From positions 820-40,819 of the forward strand of contig CAYXLW010000008.1 of assembly GCA_964466055.1 (NCBI GenBank): DNA of 40,000 bases. The letters are read 5' to 3'. Shown here piece after piece: positions 7,372 through 17,472 of the stretch. The stretch's first letter is position 1. The number at the start of each line of letters is the position of its first letter. The notes under the pieces are model-generated. The model made no database searches. It was not told where the DNA came from and worked only from the letters and a program-made list of their open reading frames with translations. The stretch comes from an uncultured Candidatus Peribacteria bacterium (GTDB lineage Bacteria; Patescibacteriota; Gracilibacteria; GCA-2401425). The position numbers and the translations under genes were made by a program.

Positions 7372-8664
7372 ATGTTCAAATTTTTACGAAAAATTATTCC
7401 AGAAACATCTTTTATAAGACTTGCCTATTCTTGGACAAAAGCGATTTTAGCCAATATAAAATATAAAAATCCTTCAAAAGATTTACGAGTTATAGGTATC
7501 ACAGGAACAGATGGAAAAACTTCAACAGTACATTTTACAGCTCAAATATTAGAAAACTTAGGATTAAAAGTTGCAATGTCATCTACAGAAGAAATTTGGA
7601 TAGCAGGAGTTCATAACGTAAATAAAACAAAACGAACAACATTAAGTCCGTTTATTATTCAAAATTTTTTAAATGAAGCAAAGAAAAAAAAGTGCGATGT
7701 AGTAATCATTGAAGTTTCGTCACATTCCATTACTCAAGGACGAATCTTTGGAATTGAATTTGATGGTGCAGTAGTAACAAATATATCTCAAGAGCATGGT
7801 AATTATCATAAAGATTTAGAAGAATATGCTCGAGTAAAATCAAAATTATTCCAAGTTGTAAATAGTTCTCCCAAAAAAAATAAAGTTCTGATTTTAAATA
7901 AAGAAATGGAATTTTATGATATGTTTTCCAGAATATCTCCAGAAATATCAAAAACATATGCAATCGAAGATAGTAAAACAAATATAACAGCAAGAAATTT
8001 AATAATTAGAGAAAATGGCACTAGTTTTGACTTAGGAAGAGATGATGAATATTTTGAAACATATCTGCCAATTCCAGGAGATTATAATGTAGAAAATATA
8101 TTGGCAGCCTCTTTAGTTGCAGAACATTTAGGCTTTCCAATCCAAAAAATTGCTGAAAAAATTCCGCTATGTCAAAAAGTTCAAGGAAGATTAGATGAAG
8201 TTGATATTCCAGCAGATTTTAAAGTTTTTGTAGATTTTGCACTAACTCCAGGAGCTTTAGAAAAACTATTGAAATATGCCTCAAGTGTTGCAGAAAGAAA
8301 TGTAATTCTAGTTTTTGGATGCACTGGAGGAAACCATGATCATGAAAAACGTTCTATAATGGGAAAAGTTGCTTCAAGTCTTGCAGATTATATTGTGATA
8401 ACAGAAGATGAAACATATGGAGAAAATAATGAAAAAATTATGAAAGACATAGAAATAGGTTTTGATAAAGGTTTCATTGCATATAAGAAAATTTCGGATA
8501 GAAAAGAGGCGATTCATTTTGCCTTGAGAAATGCATGTAAAGGAGACATTATCCTTATTACAGGAATGGGGGCTTTTCAAAGTAGAAATAATGGAAAAGA
8601 AGAAATCCCTTGGAATGATAAAAAAGAGGTTCAAAAATATTTTAAACTTAAAAAAAATGTCTAA
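7372..8664 (+). CDS. murE: Mur ligase, UDP-N-acetylmuramoyl-tripeptide synthetase (MurE-like, short form)
   Basis: Contains GITGTDGKTST P-loop, EVSSHSITQGR, TNISQEHGNYH, DYNVENILAA and a VFGCTGGNHDHEKR...ITEDE C-terminal domain. Confidence 0.8.
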   Translation: MFKFLRKIIPETSFIRLAYSWTKAILANIKYKNPSKDLRVIGITGTDGKTSTVHFTAQILENLGLKVAMSSTEEIWIAGVHNVNKTKRTTLSPFIIQNFLNEAKKKKCDVVIIEVSSHSITQGRIFGIEFDGAVVTNISQEHGNYHKDLEEYARVKSKLFQVVNSSPKKNKVLILNKEMEFYDMFSRISPEISKTYAIEDSKTNITARNLIIRENGTSFDLGRDDEYFETYLPIPGDYNVENILAASLVAEHLGFPIQKIAEKIPLCQKVQGRLDEVDIPADFKVFVDFALTPGALEKLLKYASSVAERNVILVFGCTGGNHDHEKRSIMGKVASSLADYIVITEDETYGENNEKIMKDIEIGFDKGFIAYKKISDRKEAIHFALRNACKGDIILITGMGAFQSRNNGKEEIPWNDKKEVQKYFKLKKNV

Positions 8665-8977
8665 AAGATCAGAAGGAATGGCCCAAATTATAGGAGAAAT
8701 AATTGCTCCTTTCGTTTATAAAATCCTAGATCCTGAAATATTTGGATTAGCAACTATTACGCATGTAAAAGTAAGTACAGATTTTAGCTTTGCTGATGTT
8801 TATATAAGTACAATGAAAAACAAAAAAGAACTGGAGGAAATTTTAAGGAAAAATGTATATCACATACAAAAAGAGCTTAATCAAAAACTTCAAAAGAAAA
8901 GAGTGCCTAAAATTCGTTTTAAAATAGATTTTACATCAGAATATGTTGATAAAATTTACTCAAAATTGAACGAATAA
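8657..8977 (+). CDS. rbfA: Ribosome-binding factor A
   Basis: MSKRSEGMAQIIGEIIAPFVYKILDPEIFGLATITHVKVSTDFSFADVYIS fits the RbfA N-terminus. I place the start at the ATG at 8657, which overlaps the murE stop. The longer 8531 ORF would overlap murE by 130 nt. Confidence 0.75.
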   Translation: MSKRSEGMAQIIGEIIAPFVYKILDPEIFGLATITHVKVSTDFSFADVYISTMKNKKELEEILRKNVYHIQKELNQKLQKKRVPKIRFKIDFTSEYVDKIYSKLNE

Positions 8978-9005
8978 AAAATAAGGAATAATATTAATTT
9001 ATATA

Positions 9006-9407
9006 ATGAAAATTCTTGCACTAGATTATGGTGATGTTCGTGTAGGTGTTTCTGTTGGAGATACAAACACAGAAATAGCATTTACTCGCAATTTTTTATC
9101 TAACGACAAAACTCTTATTGAGGAAATAAAAATTATTTGTGTTAAGGAAAATATTGAAAGAGTGATTATTGGGAATCCTATTATGTTAGATGGTTCAGAA
9201 TCAGAATCAAGTATTCAAATTAATGATTTTATAAAAAATCTAAAGAAAAAAATAAACATAGAAATTGAACTTATAAATGAACAATTTACTACGAATATAG
9301 CACAAAATAGGTTAAATAAGGGGATATGTAAAAATAAGAATAAAAAACAAAAAATAGACTCAGCTTCAGCTCAGGTTTTATTAGAGAATTATTTCAGGAA
9401 AAAATAA
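9006..9407 (+). CDS. ruvX: Holliday junction resolvase-like / pre-16S rRNA nuclease RuvX (YqgF)
   Basis: Has the MKILALDYGDVRVGVSVGD N-terminal motif and the expected size of 133 aa. Confidence 0.75.
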   Translation: MKILALDYGDVRVGVSVGDTNTEIAFTRNFLSNDKTLIEEIKIICVKENIERVIIGNPIMLDGSESESSIQINDFIKNLKKKINIEIELINEQFTTNIAQNRLNKGICKNKNKKQKIDSASAQVLLENYFRKK

Positions 9408-9449
9408 TTTGTTTTTCTAAAAATTCAAATTTGAAGAAAGAACTACGAG

Positions 9450-10466
9450 TCAATATTTATTAAGAATACCAATAATATTATCTGTCATTTTATTAAACTC
9501 TTCTTTTGATTGCTTTAAATTTTCTTGTGTGCCTTTCACATTTTCAAATCCATCGTCAGGAACTAGATTAAAAATAGCTTTATTTTTTTCTTGTGCTAGT
9601 GGAGATAATTGACCATAGTCTTTTATTATAGCTAAAGGATTTTTCCAAGAACTTTCTACAAGTCCATTTTTACAATGCTTTTCCGATAAATACTCTTTTA
9701 CTGATTCAGGTATTTTTTTCATCCAACTAGCATTTGTCTTTATTGGTTTTTTCGCATATTGATTATATGAGTTAACAATATAACCAATAAATAACCCTTC
9801 TCCCCCTAAAACCTTATCTGATGTAATACCATTATTTTTTGCTAATGCTTTTCCTGTCATTTTCCAATTATTTTTCCAATCTTCAAAATTTACACCTAAA
9901 TTTTCTATCCCCTGTACAGAAAATGCATCTGGCATCAAAGGTGTAATAAAGTAATCTGAACCAAGAAAAATAATTCGATTTAATAGTCCTAAGGTTGGAG
10001 ATGTATCTATAATAAAAATGTCGATATCTTCTTCACTTCCTTTTTTATTTAAGAAACGATCAATAGCACTTGTACTAAAAAACCCTCGTTCTAAGCCTTG
10101 AGCAGCTTCTCCCCAAGAAGCAATTAAGGAATTTTCATAATTACTAAGCTTTAAGCTTCCTGGTAAAACTAATAGATTTTCAGAAATTTCTTGAAATTTA
10201 ATACTTGTATTTATATCACTTCCTCCTTCAATAATTCCCTTCAATACTCCATAAATGTTATCATCTTTCGGAGAAAATAAATGTTCCTCTAAAAAATAAT
10301 CACCTAAAGCAAGTGATGATAAATTGCACTGAGGGTCTAAATCTATTAAAACGGTTTTGTATCCCTTTTCAGCGAATTTAACAGCTGTATTATAAGATAG
10401 AGTAGTTTTTCCAACTCCACCTTTATTATTAAAAAAAACTAATTTTTTTGGTCTAGGAAATGTCAT
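9450..10466 (-). CDS. ParA/MinD-family P-loop ATPase with a C-terminal extension (orphan)
   Basis: Contains the deviant Walker A FFNNKGGVGKTT, DLDPQCNLS and IIDTSPTLG. At 338 aa it is longer than typical ParA, and no adjacent parB-like gene is present. Confidence 0.7.
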   Translation of the reverse strand: MTFPRPKKLVFFNNKGGVGKTTLSYNTAVKFAEKGYKTVLIDLDPQCNLSSLALGDYFLEEHLFSPKDDNIYGVLKGIIEGGSDINTSIKFQEISENLLVLPGSLKLSNYENSLIASWGEAAQGLERGFFSTSAIDRFLNKKGSEEDIDIFIIDTSPTLGLLNRIIFLGSDYFITPLMPDAFSVQGIENLGVNFEDWKNNWKMTGKALAKNNGITSDKVLGGEGLFIGYIVNSYNQYAKKPIKTNASWMKKIPESVKEYLSEKHCKNGLVESSWKNPLAIIKDYGQLSPLAQEKNKAIFNLVPDDGFENVKGTQENLKQSKEEFNKMTDNIIGILNKY

Positions 10467-10536
10467 TTATAGTTATTATTTAATAGTAATTAGATGATAC
10501 ATTATATATAAAAAATGAAAATAGTTTAGTTGTTTT

Positions 10537-11463
10537 TCAAAATCCTTTTAAGGCATTAATTCTTTCTTCAATTGGAGGATGAGTAGCAAAAAGATTATTT
10601 ACAAAAAGTGCAATTCCTTTAGATTTTTCTTGAGGATTTTCAATAAATAACTGTGCAACATCTTTTCTTGTTACAGATTCAATACGAGCATCTTTAGATA
10701 TTTTTTCTAAGGCAGAAGAAAGAGATTTTGGATTTCGTGTAATTTGAGCTGAGCCAGCGTCAGCCAGAAATTCTCTTTTACGAGAGAGGGCAAAACGAAA
10801 GACTAAAGAAAGAAAATATCCAACAATTGCCAACAATAAAATCAATATTACAAAATTTGATTTTTTATTATCTTCCTTTTGATTGCTTACTCTTAAGCTA
10901 CGAAAAGCCATTTCTGTTATAAAAGAAAATATCCCAACAAAAATTATTGAAATTATTAATAATCTAACATCTTTATTTTGTATATGTGTTATTTCATGAG
11001 CAATTACAGCCTTTAACTCATCATCATTAAGTTTATTAATAATTCCTTCAGATAAACTTATTGTGTATGTATTTTCATTAATTCCACTTGCAAATGCATT
11101 TAAAGAAGTGTCTTCAATAATATTTATTTTAGGAGTTTTCATCCCCTGAGAAATACATAGATTTTCTACCAAGTTGTATATCTTTTTATTCTCTTTTCTG
11201 GAAAGTGGTTTTGCCCCTGTTGCCGAAGCAATCATTGAAGTATGTGAGAAATAAGCAATTAAGAACCATAATAAAACTCCACCTGTAACCCAAGGAAATG
11301 ACAAAAGAAAATTGCTGTTTGTTTCTTCGAAATTATATGAACGGCTATTTAATAGCCAAAATATCCATGTCAATCCTAAAATAAGAGAAGGGAAAGCAAG
11401 CAATAATAAGGTTGACTTAATATTATTCCGCCAAATTTGAGTCTGAAGACCAATATATTGCAT
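10537..11463 (-). CDS. htpX: M48-family zinc metalloprotease HtpX-like
   Basis: Contains the HEITHIQNKD (HExxH) motif and N-terminal and central TM segments. It lies downstream of lemA, which is the usual pairing. Confidence 0.8.
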   Translation of the reverse strand: MQYIGLQTQIWRNNIKSTLLLLAFPSLILGLTWIFWLLNSRSYNFEETNSNFLLSFPWVTGGVLLWFLIAYFSHTSMIASATGAKPLSRKENKKIYNLVENLCISQGMKTPKINIIEDTSLNAFASGINENTYTISLSEGIINKLNDDELKAVIAHEITHIQNKDVRLLIISIIFVGIFSFITEMAFRSLRVSNQKEDNKKSNFVILILLLAIVGYFLSLVFRFALSRKREFLADAGSAQITRNPKSLSSALEKISKDARIESVTRKDVAQLFIENPQEKSKGIALFVNNLFATHPPIEERINALKGF

Positions 11464-11477
11464 ATTCTATTATTTGT

Positions 11478-12041
11478 TTATTTAAAATCTATTTCAGGAG
11501 TTTCCTCTAAGTCTTTTCTTTTATCCCCTAAATCAAACATATCCTCTTTTTTAAAATTAAAAATTTTAGCCACAATATTCCATGGGAACATTTCAACATA
11601 AGAGTTTAGTTCTTTTGTAGATGAATTGAAGAATCTTCTTGCAGCAGCAAGTTTATTTTCGATGTCAGAAATTTCTTCTTGTAGTTGCATAAAATTTTGA
11701 TTGGCCTTTAGATCAGGATAAGCTTCAACTGCAATCTGCAAGCCTTGCATTGCTGAAGATAGTTGAGTCTCAGCAACTATTTTTTCATTTAAATTTTTGG
11801 CGCTTAGGGCGTTTGAACGTGCTTCGGTTACTTTTATTAAAATATCACTTTCATGTTTCATGTAGCCTTTTACTGTATTAATCAACTGAGGGATAAGGTC
11901 ATGTCTTTGCTTTAGTTGAACATCAATGTCTGCAAAAGCATTTTCACGATTATTTCTGAGTGCAATAAGTCGATTATAAATTGTAATGCTAAAGACAACA
12001 AATACGACAATAAGACCTAAAATGATGTAAGTAAGACTCAT
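11478..12041 (-). CDS. lemA: LemA family membrane protein
   Basis: Has an N-terminal TM and the YNRLIALRNNRENAFADIDVQLKQRHDLIPQL signature typical of LemA. Confidence 0.8.
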   Translation of the reverse strand: MSLTYIILGLIVVFVVFSITIYNRLIALRNNRENAFADIDVQLKQRHDLIPQLINTVKGYMKHESDILIKVTEARSNALSAKNLNEKIVAETQLSSAMQGLQIAVEAYPDLKANQNFMQLQEEISDIENKLAAARRFFNSSTKELNSYVEMFPWNIVAKIFNFKKEDMFDLGDKRKDLEETPEIDFK

Positions 12042-12075
12042 AGTTAGAAAATTAAAAATTAAAATTATTTTTTAC

Positions 12076-13437
<1,362 letters not shown>

Positions 13438-13550
13438 TTAATAAGTGAATAGATTCTAGTTTGATAATAAGTTATTTTCAACTTAATTCCATAAAGCTTT
13501 GATATTTATACCTAAATTTGATATAATACTAGGAAGTTTTAAAATTATTT

Positions 13551-14090
13551 ATGAGAAAAATTTTAACAACATTTCTGCTTTTTATATTCATGTTTTGCTC
13601 GATTGTTAATATAAGCATTGCAGATCCTACTACTACTATAAGTATCGGATCAAGTGGATCAACAAGTGTTACGAGCAGTAGTGGTGGTGCAAGTGGAGCT
13701 GGGAGTGGATCAGGAACAACATTAAAAGGTATTGCTGGGTCTGGAGCAAATACAGGAGCAACTCCATGTGTAAACAACCCTTTATTTGGAATTAATAATG
13801 AAGATTTGCTAGGAAGTGATAATTTCACACAATGTTTAGATCCGGGAGTTGATAAAACTTATGCATATAAATATTTGATTCCGTATATTATTAAAAAAAT
13901 TCTTGAAATAGGGGCAGGAGTTGCTGTTCTTATGATTGTTTATTCAGGTATATTATATTTAAGTATAGGAATAGATACGGAACAAAAGGGGACGGCTACT
14001 AAAAATATCATTTTTGAGATACTTGGACTTTTAATTATGATTCTTGCGAGAGCCATTGTAAGTATTGTAGAAAATTTACCACTAGGGTAA
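13551..14090 (+). CDS. Secreted membrane protein, TrbC/VirB2-like (type IV secretion pilin-like) with a Gly/Ser/Thr-rich linker
   Basis: Has a signal peptide, an SSGGASGAGSGSG low-complexity tract and two Cys residues. Two C-terminal TM helices follow (IGAGVAVLMIVYSGILYL and IIFEILGLLIMILARAIV), as in small T4SS pilin-like proteins. Confidence 0.45.
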   Translation: MRKILTTFLLFIFMFCSIVNISIADPTTTISIGSSGSTSVTSSSGGASGAGSGSGTTLKGIAGSGANTGATPCVNNPLFGINNEDLLGSDNFTQCLDPGVDKTYAYKYLIPYIIKKILEIGAGVAVLMIVYSGILYLSIGIDTEQKGTATKNIIFEILGLLIMILARAIVSIVENLPLG

Positions 14091-14097
14091 AGATTTC

Positions 14098-14125
14098 TTG
14101 CAATTAACTTTTTTTTTGATACAAT
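14098..14125 (+). promoter_or_regulatory. Candidate promoter for tRNA-Glu (TTGCAA-N16-TGaTACAAT, extended -10)
   Basis: The -35 lies at 14098-14103, TG at 14117-14118 and the -10 TACAAT at 14120-14125. The -10 is 18 nt upstream of the tRNA 5' end. Confidence 0.45.
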
Positions 14126-14143
14126 CTTCCAGCTTTTAGACAG

Positions 14144-14218
14144 GGTCCCATCGTCTAGTGGTTAGGACTTCAGGTTTTCATCCTGGCAACAGGGGTTCGA
14201 TTCCCCTTGGGATCACCA
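14144..14218 (+). tRNA. tRNA-Glu (anticodon UUC), CCA encoded
   Basis: The sequence is GGTCCCATCGTCTAGTGGTTAGGACTTCAGGTTTTCATCCTGGCAACAGGGGTTCGATTCCCCTTGGGATCACCA. The acceptor GGTCCCA/TGGGATC pairs, and the anticodon loop is TTTTCAT. Confidence 0.9.
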
Positions 14219-14632
14219 ATAGGGGCATGATATTGCCCTATGACTCTAAAGGATAGGGCTTACGAACACTCGAACTTTTGAGTGTTTTTTTGATTATAAA
14301 ATCCCTTGTTTGTACCATTTTCATAAAAATTTATAGCAAAATGGTTCTATTTCTTAATACTTATAGTGAAGGGGCGTTATGAATTTTTTTCATATACCCA
14401 ATTTCTTTGTTTATTTTCAATAAAAAACAAGAGTTTTTAGCTTAAAATATAGGGGTGTGCTTCCCTAATACCTACTAAAACGCACACTAAGGGCTTATAA
14501 AAGACATTAACCTATCCAAAACTGACATCCCAACAAAGGGGTGTTTTTTGGTTATAAATTCCTTTAATGGCTACATAAAACGACAAAAAAGATGTTAAAA
14601 AGGTTCTAGTCCGTAAAGGTGGAGCCAGATAG
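14219..14632 (+). repeat. tRNA-trailer mosaic repeat, copy b (modules M1, M2, M3, M4)
   Basis: Starts with the same AGGGGCAT..TGCCCTATGAC hairpin, ACACTCGAACTTTTGAGTGT terminator hairpin, AAATCCCTTGTTT and GCTTAAAATATAGGGGT as after tRNA-Gln. It continues with CCCAACAAAGGGGTGTTTTTT, AAAAAGGTTCTAG and GCCAGATAG, which are shared with 19741-20030. Confidence 0.65.
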
Positions 14633-14699
14633 AAAATTTCTGCGAAAAAGTCCTGTTAGGGGCTTTTTTGCTATTTCGTAAAGTTGAGCAATAAGCAAT

Positions 14700-14939
14700 G
14701 TGTAAAAAAATTTCCGCAGTTCCAGCTCGATTTTTCCATCGATTAAATATGCGTTCTAACTCAAACTTTTCAGGATTTTGGAAGATACCCATTATAAAGG
14801 GCAGACACTCCTTTATCTTCCTTCTTATTCTCCTGATCTTATTTCTATTGAGCTTAAATGGACTCAAATCAAAGCTATCAGAAGACAAAAGCCCTGCCCT
14901 GTTTATGAAGCTTTTTCTTTTTGTAATTTTTTGTCCTGA
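14700..14939 (+). pseudogene. IS630/Tc1-mariner family transposase remnant (C-terminal fragment)
   Basis: The frame containing 14820 reads ..ILEDTHYKGQTLLYLPSYSPDLISIELKWTQIKAIRRQK.. and ends with TGA at 14937-14939. This matches the LPPYSPDLNPIE..W..IK signature. Stops interrupt the frame upstream, and no intact DDE region remains. Confidence 0.6.
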
Positions 14940-15092
14940 TTTATCTTGTTCTAGCTATAGTACCCCAAAATGAGACAGAAAGTTAAAGCAGACAACAGAT
15001 AAAAAATATAAATTTTAATATCCATTTATCTGATTTATAAAATTATCTGAATTTTAGGAAAAAACTACTATTACTTTAGAAAAAAAATAATA

Positions 15093-16205
15093 CTAACTTC
15101 TAATAAAAGTGAATGGATGTTTCCCATTAGAAAATGGATATTTTTTAGGATCAAGAATAATTCCTGTTATTTGATTATCTTTATTATTTCTCATAATATC
15201 AGCTCTAAATTTTAGTCTTAAACTATCCAAATGAGGCTGTTCATTAGATGTTCCTTGGGCATGGTGAGGAAAAACATTATCTACACTTTTATTAACAGAA
15301 TATAATCCAAATTGACCTGGTTTTGGATGCACAGTTGCTCTAAGTGCATTAGGTGATATATTTTCTATAATATTTAGCTCTTTAACTGTGTTATAACATG
15401 CAATATATTTTAATGTCCTAATTGTTGATTCTTCTTTTACCCACATTCTTAAATCATATGCTTCGGGATTAAAACCAAATAAATCTTCATCACTGACTCC
15501 TGTACTAAAGGCTAGCGCCAATGTTTCAAGAGAAATACTCTTATCAATTGGTATGATAAGAGCTAAGCTACATTTTAATTTTGTCACAAAACTAATAAAA
15601 TCAATATCTTGCCCTTTTTTAAAAACGTCTAGAACTTTTTTGAGATTCGATTCTTCAATATTTTTATAATCATTAGGATAAAAATTCACTTCATCAAAAA
15701 GTTGCACATGAGAATCTACTTCTAAATATTCAGATATAGATTTAACATTTTTATAGTATTTTATTCCAGCTTCTTCTTTCATACCAATTGGGTCATAATA
15801 TTTCCTCCCATCACAAGATATTTTAAATTTAGCTCCATTAGGATATAAATGAGTAATCGCTTGAGAAATTTCATAAAATCTAAGTATAGATGCCACTTCT
15901 GAGATATCTACTTCACTACCATCTTCTGCCCACGTTTTTAATGGATTGAGTATTTTGAATGCGAATAGAACTAAAATTAACTCTATTGGTCTATCGTTTC
16001 TTATGGCATCTTTTATCTTATTAAGAAAAATATCTTCGTTTTCTTCTATATATTTTATTGGTCCTCTTCTATACCTATTCATTGAAAGTAATTTCAAAAT
16101 TTGCATTGCCTTAAATTCAATTGTTTTTTCTTTATCACAACTTTCAAGAATAGGATGCTCCTTCGAAATATAATCAGCTCTTTTTTCTCCATTCTCTTCA
16201 GCCAT
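15093..16205 (-). CDS. Dit1/PvcA-family protein (isonitrile synthase-like)
   Basis: RPIELILVLFAFKILNPLKTW...ISEVASILRF...YPNGAKFKISCDGRKYYD resembles the PI.L.L..FPFK..NP.K / Y.PGA...I.SDG core. RATVHPKPGQFGL...FPHHAQG resembles the C-terminal R.S.H / (P)WH region. The call rests on motifs only. Confidence 0.45.
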   Translation of the reverse strand: MAEENGEKRADYISKEHPILESCDKEKTIEFKAMQILKLLSMNRYRRGPIKYIEENEDIFLNKIKDAIRNDRPIELILVLFAFKILNPLKTWAEDGSEVDISEVASILRFYEISQAITHLYPNGAKFKISCDGRKYYDPIGMKEEAGIKYYKNVKSISEYLEVDSHVQLFDEVNFYPNDYKNIEESNLKKVLDVFKKGQDIDFISFVTKLKCSLALIIPIDKSISLETLALAFSTGVSDEDLFGFNPEAYDLRMWVKEESTIRTLKYIACYNTVKELNIIENISPNALRATVHPKPGQFGLYSVNKSVDNVFPHHAQGTSNEQPHLDSLRLKFRADIMRNNKDNQITGIILDPKKYPFSNGKHPFTFIRS

Positions 16206-16257
16206 TACTTTTAATTTGAATAAATCAATATCTCCTTTTTCACTCTTTACAGGATAA

Positions 16258-16545
16258 AAAACATCAGCTGTAAGTGGAGGAGGTATTGGTAATGCCTTAT
16301 ATGCCAGTAAGTTAGCAATTGATTCTATTCTTAGTAATTTTGATAACCCTCAAGCAGTATTTTTTCAAAATTTAGAAGATATGGCAGATAGTCTGAATCA
16401 AGATATTCAAAAAGTAGCAGTAATGTATCCAAATACATTTGCTGATAAGAAAAAAGCTAATGATGGCTACATGGACAAAGTGAGAGAAAAGAGAGATGCA
16501 CAATCTCATAATGTTGAAAAAGTTTCATTACAAGAAATCAAATGA
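16258..16545 (+). pseudogene. 5'-truncated gene fragment (unknown function), overlapping the downstream nucleotidyltransferase start by ATGA
   Basis: The frame is open from the TAA at 16255-16257 and reads KTSAVSGGGIGNALYASKLAIDS...VSLQEIK*. There is no start codon before the internal M (54 aa left). It abuts the 5' end of the divergent 15093-16205 gene. Confidence 0.35.
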
Positions 16546-17133
16546 TCAAAAACAACAACAACTTTGGCATTGGAGATCCTTTTATACGTGCGGTAAATAT
16601 TGTTACTCCTAGGTTAGAGCAAAACGATATTCCTTATGGATTGTGGGCAGGAGTTGCAGCAAAAATATATGGCTCAGAAAGAGATCTTAGCCAAGATATT
16701 GATGGTTTTAGTTCATGATAAAAATATTCAAAAAGTTATTGAAATATTCCAGGATTTAGGTGCTTTTTTAAAACATTATAATAAAATTGGCATTGAAACA
16801 CGTTTAGCTTGCTTTGAATTAGACGGAATAGGTGTAGATATTGTAGGAAATTGTAGGATTCTAGAAAGATATAGTTATAACCCTGATGATGAAATGTTTA
16901 AACGAATAAACCTGATTGAATTTTGCAATAAATCAGTGCCAGTCATTTCTCCCGAAGATGTTTTTTTGTTCAAAGCTTTATGTCAAAGAGATGTTAATGT
17001 TGGAAAGTCAGATGTTGTTGATGCAATAGCAATCAATAGAAAAAATAAATTAGATATTGAATATCTTTTTGAAAGAGCAAAGAATTGTGGAGGACTTGAA
17101 AGAGTTCGAAGTTTTATTGATAGTCTTAAATAA
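16542..17133 (+). pseudogene. Pol-beta-superfamily nucleotidyltransferase, interrupted by a +1 frameshift near 16704-16705
   Basis: Frame 0 reads MIKNNNNFGIGDPFIRAV...GVAAKIYGSERDLSQDIDG then FSS*. Removing one G of GATGGT gives DIDVLVHDKNIQ..., which continues the 16636-17133 ORF. This restores a GS-x8-DxD NTase motif. Confidence 0.6.
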
Positions 17134-17409
17134 AAAGGAGTGTAACACCGCCTTACTTTTTAGATAAATCAAGTGACATTCTAGAAAAAATCTTTTATCA
17201 AAAGTTAATTTTTAGCTTCATATAAACAACTAAATAACTTGAAGCAAATTTAAAATTTTATATAAAATCATTTAAAACACCTCAAAAAATTCCATGCTCA
17301 ATAAACAACTATTCTTGTGTGATTTTATAATATGATTTGTATCATTTTCGGGTTACATTATAGTTTATGTCATGCTTTTATTGCTAAAGCTTGAATAATT
17401 AAAATTAAA

Positions 17410-17437
17410 TTTGACTTCAATAATGTTTTGGGTATAT
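17410..17437 (+). promoter_or_regulatory. Candidate promoter for the DUF5320-DUF134-cupin-YibE/F operon (TTGACT-N16-TATATA)
   Basis: The -35 TTGACT lies at 17410-17415 and the -10 TATATA at 17432-17437, about 35 nt upstream of the ATG at 17473. Confidence 0.35.
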
Positions 17438-17472
17438 ACTCATAATGCTTTTATTCTTTAATCAAAGAAAAT

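Noticed and set aside
8531-8656. The long N-terminal extension of rbfA (start at 8531).
   Set aside because: It would overlap the murE 3' end by about 130 nt. The RbfA-like sequence begins at the ATG at 8657, which overlaps the murE stop.
14595-14973. ORFs 14595-14888 (-) and 14698-14973 (+) as intact genes.
   Set aside because: The only protein-like signal in this region is the IS630 transposase C-terminal fragment, which lies in a different frame. I treated the region as a pseudogene remnant.
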